From: Eledone cirrhosa
Taxonomy: Eukaryota
Length of the DNA: 34,388 bases
Direction of reading: 5' to 3'
NCBI GenBank assembly: GCA_964016885.1
Contig: CAXHJY010000008.1
Span: forward strand, 1-34,388
The notes below the pieces were generated by a model that was given only the letters and a program-made list of their open reading frames with translations, had not been told where the DNA came from and did not search any database. The position numbers were made by a program, and so were the translations under genes. This document shows, in pieces, positions 26,627-34,388 of this stretch (positions are counted from its first letter, which is position 1; each line of letters opens with the position of its first letter).

Positions 26627-26903
26627 CATATAGACAATATGCCCCCAAACCCTCCCACTGCAAGGTGGTCGTGGAGGTGCCACAAAAAAGCACCCAGCCC
26701 ACACTGTGAAGTGGACGTTTAGGAGCCACGAAAAAGCACCCAGCACTCACTGTAAATGAGGTTGGTGTTAAGAAGGGCATCCAGCTGTAGAAATCAAGCC
26801 AAATCAGGACAACCACTCTTGCCTCAAGTGGGAAAACTCCTGTCCAAACCCATGCAAGCGTGGAACACGGACGTTAAACGATGATGATTACGATGATGAT
26901 GAT
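26627..26903 (+). mobile_element. RTE 3' UTR fragment, mosaic of subfamily B front and subfamily A end
   Basis: The front matches 20096-20270. The end, gacaaccactcttgcctcaagtgggaaaac..aaacccatgcaagcgtggaa, matches 25601-25670. Confidence 0.8.
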
Positions 26904-27181
26904 ACATATATATATACATATATATATATACATATATATACATATACATATATATACATATATATACATATATATATGTACATATATGTATTTATATATA
27001 CATATATATATATATGTATATATACATATATCCGCATATATATACATATATATATACATATATATATGCATATATATATATACATATATCTATCTATACA
27101 TAAATATATATACATATGTATATATACATATATATATACACACATATATAGATATATATATATACACATATATATATATAC

Positions 27182-27214
<33 letters not shown>

Positions 27215-27562
27215 CATACATATATATATATATATATATACATACATATATATATATATAGACATATATAGATATATATACACATATATATACAAATACA
27301 CATATATATACATATATATAGACATATATATATATACATATATAGATATATATACACATATATATATACACATATATATATACATATACATATATACATA
27401 TACATATATATATACACATATATATATACATACATATATATAAATACACATCTATATATACATTTACGCATATATATATATATCTATATATACATGTATC
27501 TATATATATACATCTATATATGCATGTATCTATATATATATATACATCTATATATACATGTA

Positions 27563-27621
<59 letters not shown>

Positions 27622-27653
27622 CATATATATATACATATATATATATATATATG

Positions 27654-27721
<68 letters not shown>

Positions 27722-27730
27722 TATATACAC

Positions 27731-27763
<33 letters not shown>

Positions 27764-27955
27764 CATTTATATATAAATATACACATATATATATATACAT
27801 CTATATATACATATACGCATATATATATATACATCTATATATACACATACACATATATACATCTATATATCCATGTATCTATATATATATATATATATAT
27901 ATACATATATATATACATATATATATATATATACGTATATATATATATGTATATA

Positions 27956-28001
<46 letters not shown>

Positions 28002-28090
28002 TACATGGATATATAGATAATATATATATATAGATACATGGATATATATATAATATATATACATATATATATATATTATATACATATATT
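26904..28090. repeat. Degenerate (TA)n microsatellite
   Basis: Direct reading of the sequence. Confidence 0.97.
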
Positions 28091-28763
28091 CAGTCTAGAG
28101 ATTCCCACACCATTATCCTTCTCTTCTCCACTTTTGCCCGACCACACCTTGAATACTGTTGTCCACTGTGGTCTCCCCACACGAAACAAAGTATCATGAA
28201 ACTTGAAGCTTCCCAAAGGGCAATCACGAAAAAGATAGATGGCATGTCAGACCTTGACTACTGGGGTCGACTAGAAAACCTGAAACTTTACTCACTCCAA
28301 CGTCGCCGTGTGCGTTATATTATCTGCATGATGTGGAAAATGTTTCATCAGCACTGCCCAAATGATGTTGGCATCACCTTCAGAATACACCCAAGGCTTG
28401 GGTCCTGTGCTATCCATCCCAAACAAAAATCTAAATCGCAACTCATAACAACAATACGGCACAATTATTTCACCTCAATCGGCCCTGCTCTCTTCAACAT
28501 CACACCAGGACACGTCAAAACAGAAACTGACCACACAAAATTCGAGACAAATTCCTTTGGACAAATTCCTTTGGACAAATTCCTCCAAGTAATCCCGGAC
28601 AAATCACCCACACCCAGATATGTCCCTGCAAACAGTAATTCCTCTTCTCGAATGGGCCATGGTGCCCAAATCCTGAATTGAAAGACTTCGCCAGGTGGTG
28701 CTATTAAGTTAGACATGGCCTGGGCCAAAACTGGCCAAAACATTTCAAAGTTATTCAAAGTTA
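28091..28763 (+). mobile_element. 3' remnant of a CR1-group LINE ORF2
   Basis: LLFSTFARPHLEYCCPLWSPH..KLEASQRAITKKIDGMSDLDYWGRLENLKLYSLQRRR..LDKFL. The end has a short tandem ttcaaagtta x2. Confidence 0.82.
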
Positions 28764-28771
28764 CACATATA

Positions 28772-28855
<84 letters not shown>

Positions 28856-28984
28856 GATATATATATATACATATACATATATATATATATACATATACAT
28901 ATATATACATATACATATATATACATATACATATATATACATATACATATATATATATACACATATATATATACATATACATAT

Positions 28985-29071
<87 letters not shown>

Positions 29072-29099
29072 CATACATCTATATATACATATATCTATA

Positions 29100-29672
29100 T
29101 GGTGGCTGCCAACTCGTTTACGAGTACGGCCACTACTTTATATCCATGTAGGAGAACCCCTACTGATGCGCTGAACAAGTGTGACTTTTTAGTCTAGCCA
29201 GCGACTTGAAAACTCTGGTACAAACACTACACTTGTGACAATTATTGACACATAGTGCTGGGCCCATGGTACCATGTGATGACAAGTGCAGAGAGATCTC
29301 CAGATATAAAGCAATGCCTGTGCCGTGAAGCTTTTATAGTGAGCAAAGGCACTGCACAAAGCCAGTCCCACTCTCTTAAACAAGATGATATTTACCAAAA
29401 AGAAGAACAAGTCAACATCACTGGATACCATCAGAGTTGCAGGTGTTATATCAGAGTTTTCCTTCTCCTAGAATTCTGCCTTGACAAAGGTTAAGGGGTC
29501 ATCTCTCCTGGTGATTTTGGATGGCCATTGACTCTTAAGAGCTCCTTTGCCCTTTCACAGGTTTTGTTTTTAGTGCTGCAGGATGTCCAAAGTCACCCTC
29601 CTCACCAAGAAACCTTGGTGGGGTTGCCAGTTTAGTCGCCAATGACCCGACCATGAGACAGGTTGTACTGGG
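29100..29672 (-). mobile_element. Probable non-coding retroposon fragment (RTE 5' UTR-like)
   Basis: Unique island between TA tracts. The minus-strand motifs ctaggagaaggaaaactctg and ggcgactaaactggcaacc resemble RTE 5' UTR sequence from memory only, with no alignment done. Confidence 0.35.
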
Positions 29673-29968
29673 ATATATATATACATATATATATACAAAC
29701 ATATATGTACAGATATATATACACATATATATACACACTTATATACATATATACACACATATATAGATATATATATACAAATATATACATATATATATAT
29801 ATATAGATATATATACACATATATATACATATATATATATACATATATATACATATATATATATACATATATATACATATACACACATCTCTATATATAT
29901 ATACATATATATATACACATATATATATACGACTATATATACATATATATATATACATTTATATATAC

Positions 29969-30005
<37 letters not shown>

Positions 30006-30071
30006 TATTACATATACACATATATATACATATATTTATACAAATACAGATATATACATGTATTTATACAT

Positions 30072-30102
<31 letters not shown>

Positions 30103-30419
30103 TACATATATATGTACATATATATATATATATACATACATATATATGTACATATATATATATATACATATATATAGATATATATACATATACACATATA
30201 TATATATATACATCTATATATACATATACACATATATATACATCTATATATACATATACACATATATATATACATATACACATATATATATACATCTATA
30301 TATACATATACATATATATACATATACATAAATATATATATATATATATACATATATACATACATACATATATATATATACATATATACATACATATATA
30401 TATACATAAATATACATAC

Positions 30420-32912
30420 GACAGTAAAGAAGAACAGATACAGACATTTAATGTAGAAGAGAACTGGGAGTTCCTAAAAAATAATTTACTAGAGGCGACG
30501 GATGAGGTCTGTGGCTGGAGTAAGACCTCAAGCAGGAGAAGAGTGACTTGGTGGTGGAACAATAAGGTAGATGAAGCAGTTAAGGCCAAGAGACAGGCAT
30601 GGAAAGAATGGAAGAACGGGGGGAGCAGGGTACATTACATAGAGACCAAGAGGGAAGCTAGGCGACAAGTATACTTAGCTAGGAGGGAAGCAGAGGATAG
30701 AAAATTCAAGCATGTTTTACAAGGTGAGGACCAGAAACAGGAGGTATTCAAGATTGCGAGGCAGTGTGTCAGAGATAGTTGTGATGTCATTGGAGAGAAG
30801 TGTATCCGGAATGATAAAGGTGAGCTTGCCCTCACAAGTGCTGAGAAGAAAGATGCATGGAAGAGTCATTATGATAGATTACTAAATGAGGAGAATGCAA
30901 GGGAAGAAGAGACCCTACCCCAAGTAGACCCTATAGAGGGACCAGCAGTACAAGTCAGCAGCAGCGTAGTAAGTAAGGCAATCAAAGATATGAAGATGGG
31001 GAAGGCAACCGGTCCATCGGGTATAGCTGCCGAGATGCTGAAGGCATCTGGGTCTGTAGGTCACACTATAACCACACGTATCGTTAACCAGGTAATACTA
31101 GAAGGGGCCATACCAAAAGATTGGTGCAGTAGCATCATTGTCAACTGCTACAAAGGCAAAGGCGATGCACTAGATAGAGGAAACTATAGAGGTATAAAGT
31201 TGATGGACCAGGTCATGAAAGTAACAGAAAGAGTTATAGCACAGCTGATTAGGGACCGGGTGAATATAGACGAGATGCAATTTGGGTTTGTACCAGGAAG
31301 AAGCACCACTGATGCCCTCTTCCTTGTGAGGCAATTACAGGAAAAGTACCTAGCTAAAAGTAAGCCACTCTACTTGGCATTTGTCGACCTTGAGAAAGCC
31401 TTTGACAGAGTTCCACGTGCTGTAATCTGGTGGGCTCTTAGAAAACTAGGAGTAGATGAATGGCTTGTGAAAGCGGTACAAGCCATGTATAGGGGAGCAG
31501 TCAGCAAAGTTAGGATTAGCAATGAGTATAGCGAGGAATTTAGCGTACAGGTTGGGGTCCACCAGGGCTCTGTTCTTAGCCCTCTCCTGTTCATCATAGT
31601 CCTGCAGGCAATAACGGAGGAGTTTAAGACCGGATGCCCATGGGAACTCCTGTATGCTGATGACCTCGCACTCATAGCTGAATCTATGGTAGAACTAGAG
31701 AATAAATTCCAAACCTGGAAGCAGGGACTAGAGAGAAAGGGTCTCAAAGTCAACATGACCAAGACTAAGGTCCTTGTAAGTAGACGAGAAAACATAACCC
31801 AGATCCCCTCGGGGAAATGGCCTTGCTCAGTATGTAGGAAAGGTGTAGGTAGGAACTCTTATTCTCTGCCCCAAATGCAAACAATGGGTACACAAGAGAT
31901 GTAGCGGGATCTCAGGAAGCTTAATTAAGAATGTAGGATTCACATGCAGCAGCTGTGCTGAAACAGCAAGCAGCAAACAACCACAGGAAACAAGTACCAC
32001 CAATCTCTGGGAGGGCCCTGTAGAAACAGTACACAGCTTCTGCTACCTAGGTGACCGAATTAGCAACGGAGGTGGGTGTTCAGAAAGTACAATAACTAGG
32101 GTAAGAATGGGATGGAAGAAGTTTAGGGAACTACTACCACTGCTAGCTGCAAAAGGCTTCTCCCTCAGAATGAAAGGCAGACTGTATGATGCGTGTATCC
32201 GAACAGCGATGTTGCATGGTAGTGAGACCTGGGCGCTGAAGGTGAAAGACTTACGTAGATTAGAGAGAAACGAAGCCTGCATGCGCCGATGGATGTGTAA
32301 CAGTAATATACGTTAACGACAAAGCATAAATGAATTGAGAGAGAGACTGAGCATAAGAGGAATCAAATGCTGTGTGCAGGAGAGGCGGTTGCGCTGGTAT
32401 GAACATGTGATGCGTATGAAGGATGACAGCTGCATAAAAAGGTGCAGAGCACTAGAAGTTGATGGAAACCGCGGAGTGGGGAGACCCAAGATGACCTGGG
32501 ATGAGGTGATAAAAGCCGACTTTACCCAATTACACCTCTCAAAGACAATGACACACGACCGTGACTTCTGGCGTCACGCAGTAATACAGAGTATCCGACC
32601 TCCCATGGGTACATGCTGAAGCATATAAACAATATGCCCCCACACCCCCCACCGCAAGGTGGTCGTGGAGGTGCCACGGCAAAAAAGCACCCAGCCCACA
32701 CTGTAAAGTGGACGTGTAGGCGCCACGAAAAAGCACCCAGCACTCACTGTAAATGAGGTTGGTGTTAGGAAGGGCATCCAGCTGTAGAAATCAACCCAGA
32801 TCAGTTCCTGTATGAGCAAGGCATGGTCAGCCGACCAGACACTGCACACAACAGAACAACCCGTCTAACCCATGCTGGCGTGGAAGAACGGACGTAAAAC
32901 GATGATGATGAT
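30420..32912 (+). mobile_element. 5'-truncated RTE LINE (subfamily B): linker, RT, PHD finger, 3' UTR and (GAT)n tail
   Basis: [47 protein letters not shown]. There is a frameshift near 31858 and a premature stop at 32314-32316; the natural stop is at 32619. Confidence 0.94.
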
Positions 32913-33266
32913 ACATAAATATATATATATATGCATATATATATATATACATATATATGTATATACATATGTATATACATATATATATACATATATATGT
33001 ATATACATATGTATATACATATATATATACATATATATATACATATATACATATATATATACATACATATATCTATATATATATACATATATATACATAT
33101 ATATATACATATATATATATATACATATATATACATACATATATATACATATATATATATATATACATATATATGTACATATACATATAAATATATGTAC
33201 ATAATACATATAAATATATGTACATATACATATATGTACATATAAATATATGTACATATACATATA

Positions 33267-33316
<50 letters not shown>

Positions 33317-33450
33317 AATATATACATATATGTGCATATATATATACATATATGTGCATATATATATACATATATGTGCATATATATATACATATATGTG
33401 CATATATATATATATACATATTTGTACATATATATATATATATACATATA

Positions 33451-33510
<60 letters not shown>

Positions 33511-33569
33511 CATATAAATATATATATATATACATATATGTCCGTATATATATATATACATATATGTGC

Positions 33570-33600
<31 letters not shown>

Positions 33601-33805
33601 CATATATGTACATATATATATATATATACATATATGTACATATATATATATACATATATATATATATACATATATGTACATATATATATAGATATATATA
33701 CATATATGTGCATATATATATATATACATATATATACACATATATATATATATACATTTATATACATATATATACATATATAAAAAATACATATATATAT
33801 ATATG

Positions 33806-33836
<31 letters not shown>

Positions 33837-34077
33837 GTACATATATATATATTTATATATACACATATGTTTAGATAGATATATACATATATATATATTT
33901 ACATATATATACATATTTACATATATATATACATATATATATATATACATATATATATATTTACATATATATATATATTTACATATATATACATATATAT
34001 AAATACATATATATATATATTTGCACATATATATACATATTTACACATATATATACATATATATATATTTAAACACA

Positions 34078-34121
<44 letters not shown>

Positions 34122-34130
34122 CACACACAA
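32913..34130. repeat. Degenerate (TA)n microsatellite with recurring catatatgtgca/catatatgtaca variants
   Basis: Direct reading of the sequence. Confidence 0.97.
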
Positions 34131-34388
34131 ACAATTATAAGTGTACGTGTGTCCGTGCATGCGTATAGCTAGGTGTGTGAATGAGGCGTGTATATGAAGT
34201 GTATGTATATTGTGAAACTGGTGACATTGCGATGAAACTGTGAAAGAACATGGAACAATATACACAAGCTGCCGGAACCATGAAACTCAGAGTACCAACT
34301 CTATAAGAGTCTGTTGTCAAGCTGTCTGTCTCTCTGGCTCAGTCTGTCTCTCTTTCTTTCACCCTTCTTCTCCCACACGCTGCCCGCC

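Overview
This is a eukaryotic, extremely (TA)n-rich non-genic window with no supportable host gene. The repeat content resembles a cephalopod/mollusc genome (inference only). Nearly all (YI)n ORFs in the track are microsatellite artefacts. Between the TA tracts sits a nest of retroelements. (1) At least three coding Penelope-like elements (PLEs; RT plus C-terminal GIY-YIG): a 772-codon open copy at 2849-5167, a 5'-truncated copy bracketed by inverted pseudo-LTRs at about 14961-16901, and a frameshifted C-terminal remnant at 9633-10606 that the ORF track mostly misses, plus several solo pLTR-like pieces. (2) Two subfamilies of RTE-type LINEs (APE, RT, internal PHD finger, (GAT)n tail): one near-full-length copy and many fragments. 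(3) A tRNA-derived SINE with an RTE-like tail, a CR1-type 3' remnant and a TA-flanked MITE-like fold-back. The most notable hidden signal is a set of minimal type I hammerhead ribozyme motifs from at least four unrelated repeat families. They include a canonical core (5475-5519), a C3U/G8A covariant core (8902-8937, minus), U4C cores (15117-15149, 16746-16780, 22968-23021) and a back-to-back pair inside an inverted repeat (22886-23064). Several perfect palindromes suggest snap-back DNA synthesis. All folds were done by eye and none is computed.
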